Part shown: piece by piece, positions 12,627-24,703 of the stretch
Numbering within the stretch: the stretch's first letter is position 1
How the letters are laid out: every line of letters begins with the position of its first letter
From: Zootoca vivipara
Lineage: Eukaryota
Assembly (NCBI RefSeq): GCF_963506605.1
Contig: NC_083288.1
Span: 53,692,001 to 53,756,000, forward strand
Direction of reading: 5' to 3'
DNA: 64,000 nt
Notes under the pieces: generated by a model
The model's input: the letters and a program-made list of their open reading frames with translations, nothing else
Database searches by the model: none
Told to the model about the DNA's origin: nothing
Position numbers and translations under genes: made by a program

Positions 12627-12724
12627 CGGCAGGGACGTGTCCACTTTGTCCAGGCGGGGTTGGAAGGAGCCCTTGTCTGTGGTGGAGCTGTCTTGCTCGC
12701 TGCTCATGCTGCTGTAAGGGTCTT
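12627..12724 (-). CDS. Mucin cytoplasmic exon (EDPYSSMSSEQDSSTTDKGSFQPRLDKVDTSLP)
   Basis: cacag acceptor, GT donor, phase 1->0; FxxxLxxVDT motif of MUC3-family tails. Confidence 0.8.
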
Positions 12725-13412
12725 CTGTGCAAAGGGCGAAGGAGGGAGAGGGAGCATATCAGTCATTTTTAAAGATTTGTTGGCCTCTTTCAAAAGGGCT
12801 TCCTCTTGCCCCAGCCCAGCCTCTCCACTTGCCCACCCAGACCTCTTCCAAGAAGGGAGGGAGCCACAGAGCCAGCTAGAACCTGCTTTATTTTTACAAA
12901 CTGCATCTTCAAAGCTCTGGCAAGCAAAGTGGTCTTCCCTGTTGTGATAATGCAGCCCGTAATCAGGGCTGACGCTCATCCTCCCGCTCAGGTGCCTAGC
13001 GCTCCCTCCCAGAGCACAGAGTACATGAGAACCCCCACATATTATTTATTCATTTATATTTCCCCCCTCCTCCTCCTGGATCAGGGCGGGTTGGGGTGGC
13101 AGAGCATGTAAAGCCCTTCTGTCTGATTGCAGTTTGGGGACGTGGCTGTGTTTGACCTCCCCTGTTGCTCTTCACTTCCCTTTCTTATTTCCTTATTTCT
13201 GCCCGTGGGGTGAAATGTTTCTGTGCAACTTGACCCCTTCTGCAACCCCAGACCACCTGTAATCCAATTAACCTGCTGCTTCCTTCCAGGGCAAGGCAAG
13301 GAACATCCTCTGGGATGGAGGCTGGCAGCTGCCGTGGAAACCCGGGCTTACCACCACCACCACCACCACTCGCAAGACCTCCCCTTCCTGACCTAGGCCT
13401 TGTGTCACATAC

Positions 13413-13534
13413 CACCTGCTGCAGAGCTGCTGCTTTCCATTGCTGGGGCACTTGGATCAGGGCCTTCAGGACGAGCCACCCAGTCGGGCTCGTTTTCATA
13501 CCACCTCTCTTCATCGGGAGGCAAATGCATCAGC
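13413..13534 (-). CDS. Mucin cytoplasmic exon (LMHLPPDEERWYENEPDW...)
   Basis: ttccag acceptor, GTATGT donor, phase 2->1. Confidence 0.8.
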
Positions 13535-13672
13535 CTGGAAGTGGGAGACCAAGAGAGGCCATCAGGGCAAAGGTCTCTCCTTTGGCCCATTTCGAGGGCA
13601 GCTTCCAGTTAAAACAGCAGAGACTGACCGAGTTGACAAGACTTTGAGTGTGGGCTCAAAGTCTCCTCCTAC

Positions 13673-13846
13673 CTGTGTCCTTTCTCCTTCCGGCAACAGC
13701 GCCTCCAGCAGAGAAGCACGGCCAAGACCAGGATGATCAGCAGCAGCGCCGCCAGGCCCAGGGCCACCCCCACGGCCACCCCCACCTTGCTGATGCCTTG
13801 CTCACAGCGGTGGCCCACGAACCAGTAGGACTCTGACTGCTCACAG
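13673..13846 (-). CDS. Mucin exon: end of EGF2, transmembrane helix and basic stop-transfer
   Basis: CEQSESYWFVGHRCEQGISKVGVAVGVALGLAALLLIILVLAVLLCWRRCCRKEKGH; AG/GT boundaries, phase 2->2. Confidence 0.92.
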
Positions 13847-14112
13847 CTGTGGGAGGAAAGGCAGCATCAAAAACCTGCAAGGAGGCAGGTAATGGGGCCC
13901 AGGATGCCTGGGTTTTTTACGGGGTGGGGAGCAGGGGGTGTTTCTGATGCTGCGTTACGGGGGGGGGGGGCTGAGTGGCATCCAGGGCCCTAATCCAAGG
14001 TAGGAGTGGTGGTGACTGGTGCCCATGGGGAATTGCACCAATTTTCGTTCCCCTGTGCCACAGCCCCAGATCCTTTGCCACCACCCACTTCACCCCCTGG
14101 CTTGCTACTCAC

Positions 14113-14290
14113 TAGCAACTGGGCCCCCCAGGGGTGACATAGCAGTTTCCGTTCACACAGCTGAAGGGGTCGGGGTGCCAAACACTGCAGTTAGAGACAC
14201 ACTGGAGGTCGCCACTGACGTTTCGTGCCATGTAAAATTGCTGGATGTTTTGTGCCACCACAGAGGAGTTCTTGCACACACTTGACAGAT
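14113..14290 (-). CDS. Mucin module B Cys-rich/EGF2 exon
   Basis: DLSSVCKNSS...LQCVSNCSVWHPDPFSCVNGNCYVTPGGPSC; 178 nt; GTGAGT donor. Confidence 0.9.
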
Positions 14291-14626
14291 CTGGAAAGGG
14301 AAAGGAAGGACACATTGGGGGCCCTGAATACCTCCCTTGTTCTTCCTCATCCTGCTTTCTTCCCCACCAACTATGATGGCGACTGATGGCCCTAGGATTA
14401 GCCTCTGTGCATCTCATATGTGACTGCACATGCAGAATCCTGGCAACATCTGTACCATCCAGCGGTGCCACAAGGTGTACGGGGGTTCATTGCATTTGTT
14501 TGCATGTGGTGGCCATGTTTTCTTGCTCATACGGCTCCACCGCCTCCATCCAGACAGCCCACTGCAGCTCTTCAACATTAGGAATGTGTTAAGCCCCACA
14601 CCGACCCCTCCCACCCCAGTCCTCAC

Positions 14627-14683
14627 CTTCAGGGCTCAGGGGCACTGCAGTCACATTACGCTCTCCAGTAAACCAAAGTGAAT
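14627..14683 (-). CDS. Mucin module B post-SEA linker exon (DSLWFTGERNVTAVPLSPE)
   Basis: 57 nt, phase 1->1, paralogous to 21382-21441. Confidence 0.85.
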
Positions 14684-15599
14684 CTGAAGGAGAGGGGGAA
14701 AGTAAAGGTGAGGGACATCCAAGGGGAGGGGGAGCACCCAAGGGGAAGGACCTCTTCCCCCACCCACCAGCCATGCCTCCCTGCCACCAGAGTTGAAGGA
14801 AACACACTTCCTCTGCTCGGCCATATGTCCAACCAGCAACCTGACACTCATCTCTGTGTGGGCAAGGGTGAAGCAGTTGGGGTTGGTTGATGTTACAGGG
14901 GCAGCTGCTGGTAACAGAGAGATGGGTCTGAACCCTCACCCCACAGCATGGATAACACCAGGATAACACCAGGTTGCGTCAGATTAGGCATAGATGAAAC
15001 TTGTTCCATATGGCAGTGAAATTGGAAGACTAGGGAGACTTTGATTGGCACCTTTTTGGACAATGTTCCTCTGTTCCTCACCATACAGGACAAACCCAGT
15101 ACCGGTAGGTAGCCTCAGATATGACGTAGATGAAGTACATTCTATTCTTAATGCCTGTTTTTCTCCGGGTGATTTCTAAGGGATAGCTCTGTCCCTAGCA
15201 AAACAGCGTATGGTAATTGCTTGGTTCAGGAGAGTGGGGATGGGCTTGGACTCAGTGGAGCTGCTCAGCTTCTGCAGAGAACTGGTACATCGGCCATCTC
15301 ACAGCCTGTTTTGGGGTTACCACATTGGGAGCCCCATCCGGTGCATGTTGATTCAGGGGTACACACAGTTGTGATGCTGGTGCAATTTACTCCCAAATAA
15401 GGAGGGACAGAATCACAGCCCTTGGATGACTTCTGCTTCCTCATGACAGCTGATCTGAAGACGCTTAATAAGAAGCCTTTCCTTCTGCTCCATTAGATGG
15501 ATGGAATGTAGTGTAAACGTTTGCAACATTCATGCCATATTTGGGCTCCTTCAGCTGCCAGCCAGACCTTCCCACAAGAAGTGGCAGGTGCCTCCTCAC

Positions 15600-15730
15600 C
15601 GTTGCCATTGGAAGTGTAATTCTTTTTCAGGGTCTGTTTGAGGTCCTTCATGGATTCATCGTAGGAAGCATTGAAGTCTGAGAAGTGAAGCTGCAGGAGC
15701 ACCTCATGGTCCACGATAACACTACCATTG
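15600..15730 (-). CDS. Mucin module B SEA exon 3 (NG|SVIV cleavage motif)
   Basis: SNGSVIVDHEVLLQLHFSDFNASYDESMKDLKQTLKKNYTSNGN; 131 nt. Confidence 0.92.
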
Positions 15731-15905
15731 CTGAGAAGAGGCAGCAGGAAGGAAGAGGGAGAAATCACTTAGCCACAACTGCAAAGGTGCCCTCAGCTAG
15801 CCTGATGTGAGGTGAATTATGCTAGTGGGCCAGGGGATTGCGTGGCACCAAGCAGCACCCTCCCTCCCATACTTGGTCCCCAGCTGTATCACTTCGGTGA
15901 CTCAC

Positions 15906-15964
15906 CTCAGCCGAATCACCTTTACTCCCATGTAGCCAGGAACGTCCACATAGAAGATGTTCAT
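15906..15964 (-). CDS. Mucin module B SEA exon 2
   Basis: MNIFYVDVPGYMGVKVIRL; 59 nt, phase 0->2. Confidence 0.9.
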
Positions 15965-16497
15965 CTGCAAGGAGAGAGGGGTCTCATCTCAGCTGCATAG
16001 ACAGCAACAGTCGGACGCACCAACCAAAAGCAGGGTCTGCACATTGGCAGCAGAGCAGCTGCTGTCTGCAAGCATCACCAGCCCTCTGTATCTACTCAGA
16101 CAGAGCGTGGCTTTGAGGTGTGTGTGAGCAGTCCTAGAATCATAGAACCATAGAGTTGGAAGGGACCTGAGGGTCATTTGGTCCAATCCCTGTCATACTG
16201 GCATTTTCACAGCAGCAGAAACAAGAAAACGTCTATGTAGGGTATGAACCATCAAATCTAAGCTACATACAGTATTGTAGAAGAAACAGCTTTCTATACT
16301 CATCTGATAGCTACATTTCCACATCTGGATATCTAGGTGTTCCTGATTGTGTTTCCAGATGTGCTAAGCGGACAAATCTCTGTTAATGAAGGAATGGCAC
16401 GTTAACGGGACCCAGACTCAAAAGTAACAATAGGTCTGCCTGGAAGTGATCACTTTCCTGAGAGGGCGTCCTCTATGCACACCCAACCACCCCTCAC

Positions 16498-16616
16498 CTG
16501 TTCCACAAAGATCTTCACAAATGTCTTGAAGGCAGAGGAGCTGGGATTCACCATCTCTGGGCTGAACTTCCAATTCTTCACTGTTACAGAGACATTGATT
16601 GTGGCCTCAACAGTCA
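16498..16616 (-). CDS. Mucin module B SEA exon 1
   Basis: VTVEATINVSVTVKNWKFSPEMVNPSSSAFKTFVKIFVEQ; 119 nt, phase 1->0. Confidence 0.9.
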
Positions 16617-17268
16617 CTGTGATCAGAAAGCACAAGTCATTAAACATGAAGGTACAGCCACAGTTTCAGAGTCCATTTGTGAGGATGAGCACTTCAGGTG
16701 TTCATTGAGTCACAGGAGAATTGCAGTGATCATGGAAACAACATGAACCACCTATGGATCCACCCCAAAGGGTGCAGAGAAAGGGCGCTGGTACAGGGTG
16801 TGAAATACACTGGAATGTGCGTGTATCAGCTCAGTGTAGTCTACTTTAGCTGACACAAACTCTCCAAGTCCTGAGGCAGGTGACATTCTTGTCCATCTGC
16901 TGCTGTGCTGCTGCTGCTGCTGCTGCTATCAGAAGCTATTAGTAAGCACAGGTGAAGAGGAAAACCCCACAGACCCAGGCTTTCTAGGCATGTGGACAAG
17001 CCTGAGTAGATTGTATCTACTAAGATACAACCAGTTTTATACACGGTTGGTATGTAAGTCATCTGCATCCAGAAAAGGTAAAGTTCTATATCAAACCATC
17101 CATGCGTGGCTGAAATTTTCAAATCAGGCATTTTTCACCCGAAGGGATAACCACAACTACACAACCTCCCAGTTGCATGGTGAAGGGAGCACAATGCTGC
17201 CATGCCCTTTATCTCTCCCCTGCCCCCATCATGGTCTTGTTGAAAGGGGTTGCAGCACTTAGGTAGCC

Positions 17269-17572
17269 CAGGCATGTCCAACAGGTAGATCGTGATCTAC
17301 CAGTAGATCACTGGACGTCTGCGGTAGATCACTGGTAGATCATTGGCTCCCCCCAAAGAAGCTGAACAACTGTGGCTCCCCTTAAAAAAGCTGAACATTT
17401 TACCTCCTCCCGGAAAAAAACTCAACAACTTTGACCCCCCCCCCAAATGGGCCTTACTCCTTCCTAAAAAAAGCTCAACAGTTCAACAACTTTGACCCGA
17501 ACCTCAAAAAGCGGGTAGATCACTGCCAACTCTATGAGTAGATCGCAGTCTTTTGGGAGTTGGCCACCCCTG
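17269..17572. mobile_element. hAT (Charlie-like) non-autonomous element
   Basis: Termini caggcatgtccaac / gttggccacccctg; repeated subterminal gtagatc motifs; imperfect flanking ggtagccc/agtagccc duplication. Confidence 0.65.
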
Positions 17573-19723
17573 AGTAGCCCATCAAGAAACCATCCACAAG
17601 GGTATTGCTTTGTTCTCCCCAGCCCTGCAGGCTGGATGCTTCTCCCTGTTAAGTTTGCACAGGCTTGCCACCTCAGGTAGCACTTGGGAAGCGTCTTCCC
17701 ATTGACAACTCCTGTCTCTTTGGGGTGAAAAGACACCTTGTGAGGATGAACCTGTCAGATGTCTGCACAGTTGCAGGATAATTTGCAGTGATAATGGGAA
17801 CAACATGGATTGCCTTTGGATCCACATCAAAGAGTTCAGAGAATGAGTGCGAATACAGGTGTGAAATGCACTGGAACCTGCCCATCTCAACTCGATGTAG
17901 TCTCCTCTGAGTGGCAATTGCCGTACTCTCCAGGGCCTGAAGCAGACAAGGCTCTTGCTTACTGTGCGCTGCTTGTTGGCATCTGTTTGTCTCCAGAGAC
18001 ATTATGGCAAGCATCTCTGGGGTGAAGTCTAACCGTGCATTAGCAGCCCCAAAGGAAGCCTGGGCAGTGTGTATGGAGGCTCTGGGTTGGCCAGACGGCA
18101 AATCGCCCCCCACCCCACCCCAGCCTCACTGGTGCAGTCCAAAGGAAAGCAGAGGAATACGCTTGGCACCAGCTTGGCTGCAGGAGTTGGCAGAAGGAGG
18201 CGTACAAGGCACCATCCAACCGTCTTAAGGACTCCACTCTGGGTTTGTGTATGGTTTACTCCTCAGCCTTTCCTTCTTCCAAAGATCTCCCACAAGACAG
18301 CAGAGGTTTGGCACCAGAGTTTTCCTTCTCCTAGATTAGCTACCTTCCCAGGTTGTTTAGCTCCATGTGCTCCTCATTTCCCTCTACATCACATGCAGAA
18401 ACTGCCTTCATGACCATTGGACCCCACTATTGGTCTTGTCTGGTCAATCTGCTGGAGCCTGTCCTTGCATGCAGGGGAAGTCCCTAACTCCCTGAGGGTC
18501 TGAGACCCACTGGCCATCCTAATTTGGTTTAGCCGGCCAGGTGGTTGCTGTCCCATGCTAACAGCTTCCAGGAGCCACAGTTGAGAGCTGAGTGCAGGGT
18601 GGAGACCAAAGTGGACAAACTACCCCAGAGGGAGCATGACGTGTCTCTCACTGGAGTTACTACCCCTCCCCTAACACCCCAGACACCCCCACCTGCTGCT
18701 ACTGGAAGCTTTTTAAACTGTAGGCAACAGGGAGGTGCCATAGAACAAAAACACCATTTTGGATTAGCAAGCTAGGTCACCTTTCCTTGCAAACTTGACT
18801 AAATAAACTATATACCTTATACAGCTTCCAATGTGCCACCAGTTTCACACACTGTTGATATGCAAGCCATCAGCATCCAGAAAAGCTGCCATTCTATCTC
18901 AACTCACATCCATGGGGGCTGCAAACCTTTCCCTTCTTTCTAAGTATTGAAAGAAACTTTAAATCTCACCATGGACAGAATTCCCTTTGCAAAATGAGAG
19001 TGCAGGCAAGGGAAGGTCAGAGTGGACCCCCAACCTGTGGCCTCCAGATGTTGGGCCAGAACTACTCATCCTCCCCGGCCATTGGCCATGTTTGCTGGGG
19101 CAGAGGGGAGCCGGGAGCCCAAGAGAACAACATCTGGAGGACACCAGGCTATGGAAGGCTGTCCTGGCCCTAGGCTTCCATGGAAAAAATGGTCAGCATG
19201 GCAGAGAAGCAAGATCACTCCCAAGAGTGGCAGGTGGTCATTGGACTAAGGGGACTAGCCTAGTCCCCTAAATGGTCCCCTGGAGCCTCCTTGGCAAAGC
19301 CTGGGAAGCTTCTGCCTGGCTTAGGGAGGGAGGTGAGAGGCTCCGATGGGTCCAAGATCTGTCCTGTCATCTTCCCAGAGCCCATCTGGCTTTTGGAAGG
19401 AGGCAAGTGGCTCCAGCATCCTGTCAGGGCCCTGTCACCTCCTTTGCAAAGGAGGGAAGATTCTACCTGGCTCAGGGAGGGAAGCGTGATGCTCATGTGT
19501 GCAGTGTCAGGATGTCGCTTGCATGACATTGATCTCCCACACCCCTCACAAGCTAGAGCCTCTGGCCCTAACTGTTCCCCTATGAAAAATTTCACCGCAC
19601 AACACTGAGTGGCCCAACAACACAAAACAAAGTCTAGAGCCTCAGAGCCATAGATTCAGCCCACTCTTTTCAAATGGAAAACTTGTGAGCAGGGAGTCTT
19701 GTCCGAATAATGCTCAGACTTAC

Positions 19724-19849
19724 CCACTTGGACTTCATTTTCTGCCTCTTCACAACGTCGCCCAGTATAGGGAGGTGGGCACTGACAACGACCCCCGACT
19801 AACACTCCTCCATTAAGGCACGTAAGAGGGACAGCTGTGGTGGAAGGAG
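19724..19849 (-). CDS. Mucin module B EGF1 exon
   Basis: PSTTAVPLTCLNGGVLVGGRCQCPPPYTGRRCEEAENEVQV; 126 nt; GTAAGT donor. Confidence 0.9.
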
Positions 19850-20373
19850 CTGAGCAAGAGGAAGAGAACAGAGCATAGCCAAAATTTAAGAACATATTTA
19901 CCAAGGAGCCCTCATATATGACAATGATGTTGATGATCCAACAATTTATATGCTGTACTGCTTAATGGTATTATTTCTAAGAAGTGTCCAGTGAGGGTTC
20001 AAGAGCGATTCAAGTGATCAATTAGATTTCATCAGAAAATCAAAAAGTGTTGCTTAAACTGCTTGCTGAAACCAGCAAAGCCTCTATAGGTGCCTGAAGT
20101 TCAGTCAACAAGAGGTCTCAGCCAAGAGATAGTTCCACAATTCTAAACACACAGCTCACGCGGGATGTGAGCTGTGTGCCTGAGTCATGGAGGACCACTT
20201 AGAGCCTCTCCCACAAAGACGGGAGTGATCTAACAACGCACTAAGCAGTATTGAAGAAATCCTGGATCAGGTTAAGGCACCGAAACATATGCACAGCACG
20301 TGTAAACTGTTGAGCCCTGTAATACTGTGCTGGCAGATAAACATCATTTCCATATGAATATATAGATACATAC

Positions 20374-20558
20374 CAGCGGAACTTGTAGGCTGTGAACTAG
20401 TAGATGTGCGTCCACGAGTAGTAGTGGAAGGGGAAGATTCCTTTATGGTGGATATTTTTGTAGAAGTATAAGCAGAAGGTGTTGTGGTTCCATACACAGA
20501 AGGTGTTGTTTTCAAATTTGTAGAAATGGATGTTTCACTTGTTGTGCTTGGTGTCCCC
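20374..20558 (-). CDS. Mucin short PTS linker exon between modules A and B
   Basis: cccttctag acceptor (phase 2), GTATGT donor (phase 1); GTPSTTSETSIST...SSPSTTTRGRTSTSSQPTSSA; its 3' half is paralogous to the end of the giant exon. Confidence 0.75.
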
Positions 20559-20689
20559 CTAGAAGGGATAGGCAACAAATTGTATTGGACTATTTTTTTT
20601 TAATGCACGTAACTATTCACCACTGATAGTGCTTATTGGACCAGCCTAGAGGGACCCGCCTAGAGGGACCTCATTTTCCGGGCAGAATG

Positions 20690-20990
20690 ATGGGGGTGAA
20701 GATGCTCCTTCAGGTATACTGGACCGAGGCCGTTTAGGGCTTTAAAGGTCAGCACCAACACTTTGAACTGTGCTCGGAAACGTACTGGGAGCCAATGTAG
20801 GTCTTTCAAGACCGGTGTTATGTGGTCTCGGCAGCCGCTCCCATCACCAGTCTAGCTGCCGCATTATGGATTAGTTGTAGTTTCCGGGTCACCTTCAAAG
20901 GTAGCCCCATGTAGAGCGTATTGCAGTGGTCCAAGCGAGAGATAACTAGAGCATGCACCACTCTGGTGAGACAGTCGGTGGGCAGGTACC
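20690..20990 (-). mobile_element. L2-type LINE fragment
   Basis: VVHALVISRLDHCNTLYMGLPLKVTRKLQLIHNAAARLV; same family as 59410-60200. Confidence 0.8.
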
Positions 20991-21030
20991 ACGTCTCCAC
21001 TCCCTCCTTCATCCCCGGCATGCTACTCAC

Positions 21031-21208
21031 TGGCATTGAGGCCCCTCAGAGGTGATGTGGCACTTTCCATTCACACAGTGGAATGGGTGGGGGTTCCAAG
21101 CGCTGCAGTTAGAGACACACTGAAGTGTGTTGTTGATGACCTGCGCCACATAATATGGCTGGAGGTTGTGTGCCACCACTGAGACATTCTTGCATTCGTC
21201 TGACAGAT
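21031..21208 (-). CDS. Mucin module A Cys-rich/partial EGF2 exon
   Basis: DLSDECKNVS...LQCVSNCSAWNPHPFHCVNGKCHITSEGPQC; 178 nt; GTGAGT donor, phase 2. Confidence 0.88.
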
Positions 21209-21381
21209 CTGGGAATGGAAAAGGAGGGAGAAGGGTCACCAAGGAAGAATGCAAATGCCTCACAATGCCCCATGCATGGGACCAAGAGAACAAAAGAGGA
21301 GCCTGCTTGGCTGCTGGATCATCATCATCAATATATACTTATACCCCACACACCAACCCCATCGCACACCTCAGTCCTCAC

Positions 21382-21441
21382 CTTCGGGGCTCAGGGGCAC
21401 TGCGGTCACACGAGATGCTCCTTCAGTAAAGCAGAGCTGAT
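21382..21441 (-). CDS. Mucin module A post-SEA linker exon (DQLCFTEGASRVTAVPLSPE)
   Basis: 60 nt, phase 1->1. Confidence 0.85.
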
Positions 21442-21924
21442 CTAAAGGAGACGGGGAAAGCAAAGGTGAGGCTTCTGAAAGGAAGAAATCACTGGGGGTG
21501 GGGGGTGGGGCATCGATGGGGAGGGACCTCTTCTTCTGCTCCTGCCCCCACCAGTTATGATTCCCTGCCACCAAGGTTGAAGGAAGCACACCTCTTCCGA
21601 CAGGAAGCAACCTAACATCCATCTCTATGTGGGCATGGGAAAATCAGCTGTGGTGGGTTGATGTTTCAGCACAGCTGCTGGGGTAACAGAGAAGGGTTTC
21701 CACCCGGACTGCTCAGCCTGGATGGATGACACTAGGTGGCCTCAGATATGGCATAACTGAGGCGCATTCTATTCTATTATAGATGGATGGAATATAGTAC
21801 AAGAGTTGCCTTGCAACATTCTCTGTTTAGGGAAGTTTTTAATGGTTGTTGTTTTATTCTGTTTTTAATCTGTTGGGAGCCACCCAGAATGGCTGGGGAA
21901 ACCCAGCCGGATGGGTGGGTATAA

Positions 21925-21956
<32 letters not shown>

Positions 21957-22029
21957 CGCCAAGGATATCCTTGGGCTCCTTCAGCTGCCAGCCAGACCTT
22001 CCCACAATATGCGGCAGGTGCCTCCTCAC

Positions 22030-22160
22030 CTCTGTCATTGGAAGTGCAATTATTTTGCAAGGTCTGTGTGAGGTTCTTCATGGAAGCATTGTAAGAAGCA
22101 TTGAAGTCTGAGAAGTGAAGCTGCAGGAGCACCTCGTGGTCCACGATAACACTGCCATTG
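22030..22160 (-). CDS. Mucin module A SEA exon 3 (NG|SVIV cleavage motif)
   Basis: SNGSVIVDHEVLLQLHFSDFNASYNASMKNLTQTLQNNCTSNDR; 131 nt. Confidence 0.92.
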
Positions 22161-22375
22161 CTGAGAAGAGGCAGCAGGAAGGAAGAGGGAGAAATCACTT
22201 AGCCACAACCGAAAAGGTGCCCTCTGCCAGCCTGATGTCAGGTGAATGATGCTAGTGGGGAGTGTCAATTAAAGGGTCATGGCCTCTCACAGCAGGGGGC
22301 CAGGAGATTGCGTGGCACCAAGCAGCACCCTCCCTCCCATACTTGGTCCCCAGCTGTTTCTATTCTGTGACTCAC

Positions 22376-22434
22376 CTCAGCCGAATCACCTTTACACCCG
22401 TGTAACCAGGAATGTCCGCATATAAGATGTTCAT
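22376..22434 (-). CDS. Mucin module A SEA exon 2
   Basis: MNILYADIPGYTGVKVIRL; 59 nt. Confidence 0.9.
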
Positions 22435-23268
22435 CTGCAAAGAGAGAGAGGTCTCATCTCAGCTGCATAGACAGCAACAGATGGAAGCCACCAATCAACA
22501 GTAGTGTCTGCACATTGGCAGCAGAGCAGCTGCTGTCTACAAGCATCACCACCCCCTCCCCAACATATCAGACAGATTATGTCTTTGAGGTGCATGTCAG
22601 CAGTCCTAGAATCATACAATTGTAGAGTTGGAAGGGTCCTAAGGGTTACTGGGTCCAATCCCTGCAATGCAGGAATATCCACAGCAGCAGAAACAACAAA
22701 AAACTCTACATTTATAAGATACTGGTTTGTTGATCTGAGAAATACCAAACCCCCAATCCCAGCAGATTCTTGGTCGCTCCTGTGTGCTGAGCAGGGCATC
22801 TCTATCCTGCTCTGCTCCTGTAACTCCTCCATCCTTCCAAGACACCTTTGGGGTATCTCCTGGTCTGGGCATGGCTAGTCTGTGGCCCTCCCTCAGCTGT
22901 TGTTGGACTCCAGTTCCCAGCAGGCAGCCTGGCCAAAGGTATGGGATGATTATAAAGGCTGGAAGATGACCTTTGTCACTTTAACACTGGTCTTTCAAAA
23001 GTGACAATTAGGAAGACAGTTCCTGATGTGTGTATTAGGGTATGAACCATCCATTCTGAGGCACATATTACAGAAACAGCTTTCTATACTCATCTGATAG
23101 CTCCATTTCCAGGCATTCCAAATGAGGGAAACCTGACTGTGAATGAGCTTCACCACTGGGAAATGGAGCATGAATGAGGTCTGGACTCAGAAGTGACCAT
23201 AGGGTTTGGGTTCGGGTGTGAGAATTTTCGGGGGTATCACCTCTCTGTGCACCCCCAGCCCCCCTCAC

Positions 23269-23387
23269 CTGTTCCTCAAAGATCTTCACAAATGTCTTGA
23301 AGGCAGAGGAGCTGGAATTCACCATCTCTGGGCTGAACATCCGATTCTTCACTGTTACAGAGACATTGATTGTGGCCTCAACAGTCA
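23269..23387 (-). CDS. Mucin module A SEA exon 1
   Basis: VTVEATINVSVTVKNRMFSPEMVNSSSSAFKTFVKIFEEQ; 119 nt. Confidence 0.9.
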
Positions 23388-24703
23388 CTGTGATCAGAAA
23401 GCACAAGAGTCATCCATATATATATAAATGTAGGCATTGTGCAACCAGATGAAACAGCCTTTCTCCATAACCACTGAACCCAATTGAAACAAATTTGGCC
23501 ACAACTACCTTGCCTACCAGTGAGGGATCTGGCATAAAAATTATCAAAAAACCACACCTTTCACACCTAAAACAATGATTAAAGACAAAAAAAGTGGCGC
23601 ACAGATTATACATCAGCAGCAGAAAGCTCTGAAGACTCCAGCAGCATCCAATAGAAAGGCAGATCGCAGGCTGCTGCCTCCAAAGCCGCGCCACCAGATG
23701 ACATCACAAAATTCCACAGCAACCAACTGAAAACAGGCCTGAAGCAAGGCCCAACATTTCCCAGCAGAATGAATAGGCCGCAGCAGACCAGGCAGCTTTC
23801 CAGACTAGGCCAAGTGGAGGTAGGGGCCTGCCTGGGTGGGGGATGGGGGCCCCAAATAGGGGGCAGGGATAGGTAATGGGTCAGAACAGGGTGGGGGGAG
23901 ACACAGGGATGCACCTATGTAAACATAACACATGAAAAACAGGGGAACTCTGAAGGTGAGGGGAGTCTGAAGGGGGACTCTGAGGCTCCAATTAACAAAC
24001 TGAGCCACCGCAGGTTTTTTATGGGACTGAACAGCTCGGGCGTTTCGGAATGCGCCTTCTGTTTAATAAACACCTGGCAGCATTAGGGATTCGTTCATCA
24101 TTTCCCCTAACAAGCACTTGGGGGCATGGCGAGGGGTTTTTGCTTTTTAATTTAGCGGGCGTTGTGTCACATGCGGGGCTCCGGCGGCCATTTTAAGTAA
24201 GGGCAGTCGTGCACCTCTTAACCTAGGCTTCAGCCCCCCCCCCCGCCCTCGATTTACAATCCCCTACCTTCCCCTTGCCACTTCCTGGGTTTTTTATGGA
24301 ACCGAAGAGCTCGAGCGCTTCGGAACACGCCTTCTGTTGCTACGGGGCTGTGGGGCTTCGCTATTTGACTCCCCCCCATCGGGTTTATTACCACAATTAC
24401 AAATCCTCCCTGGCCATTGGCCACGCTCACTGAGGCAGATGGGAGGATAGCCATGTCTGGAGAGCACAAGGTTAGGGGAGGCTGGCTTGGGCACTCCTGT
24501 CTCAAGACTTCAACAGAGAAACATCCAAGTAATCAAAGAAGCAAGATCACTCCCAGCAATGTAAAACAGGAGGTTTTAAGCCGCAGGACCACAAATATTG
24601 TCCAGCTAGAAAATTACGACACGTACCTGGACATTCCTGAGCTTTTGTTTTCAAAGGAAGAGCCAAAGGGTGGGAGGCTTGTACTAATAATGCTCAGACT
24701 TAC

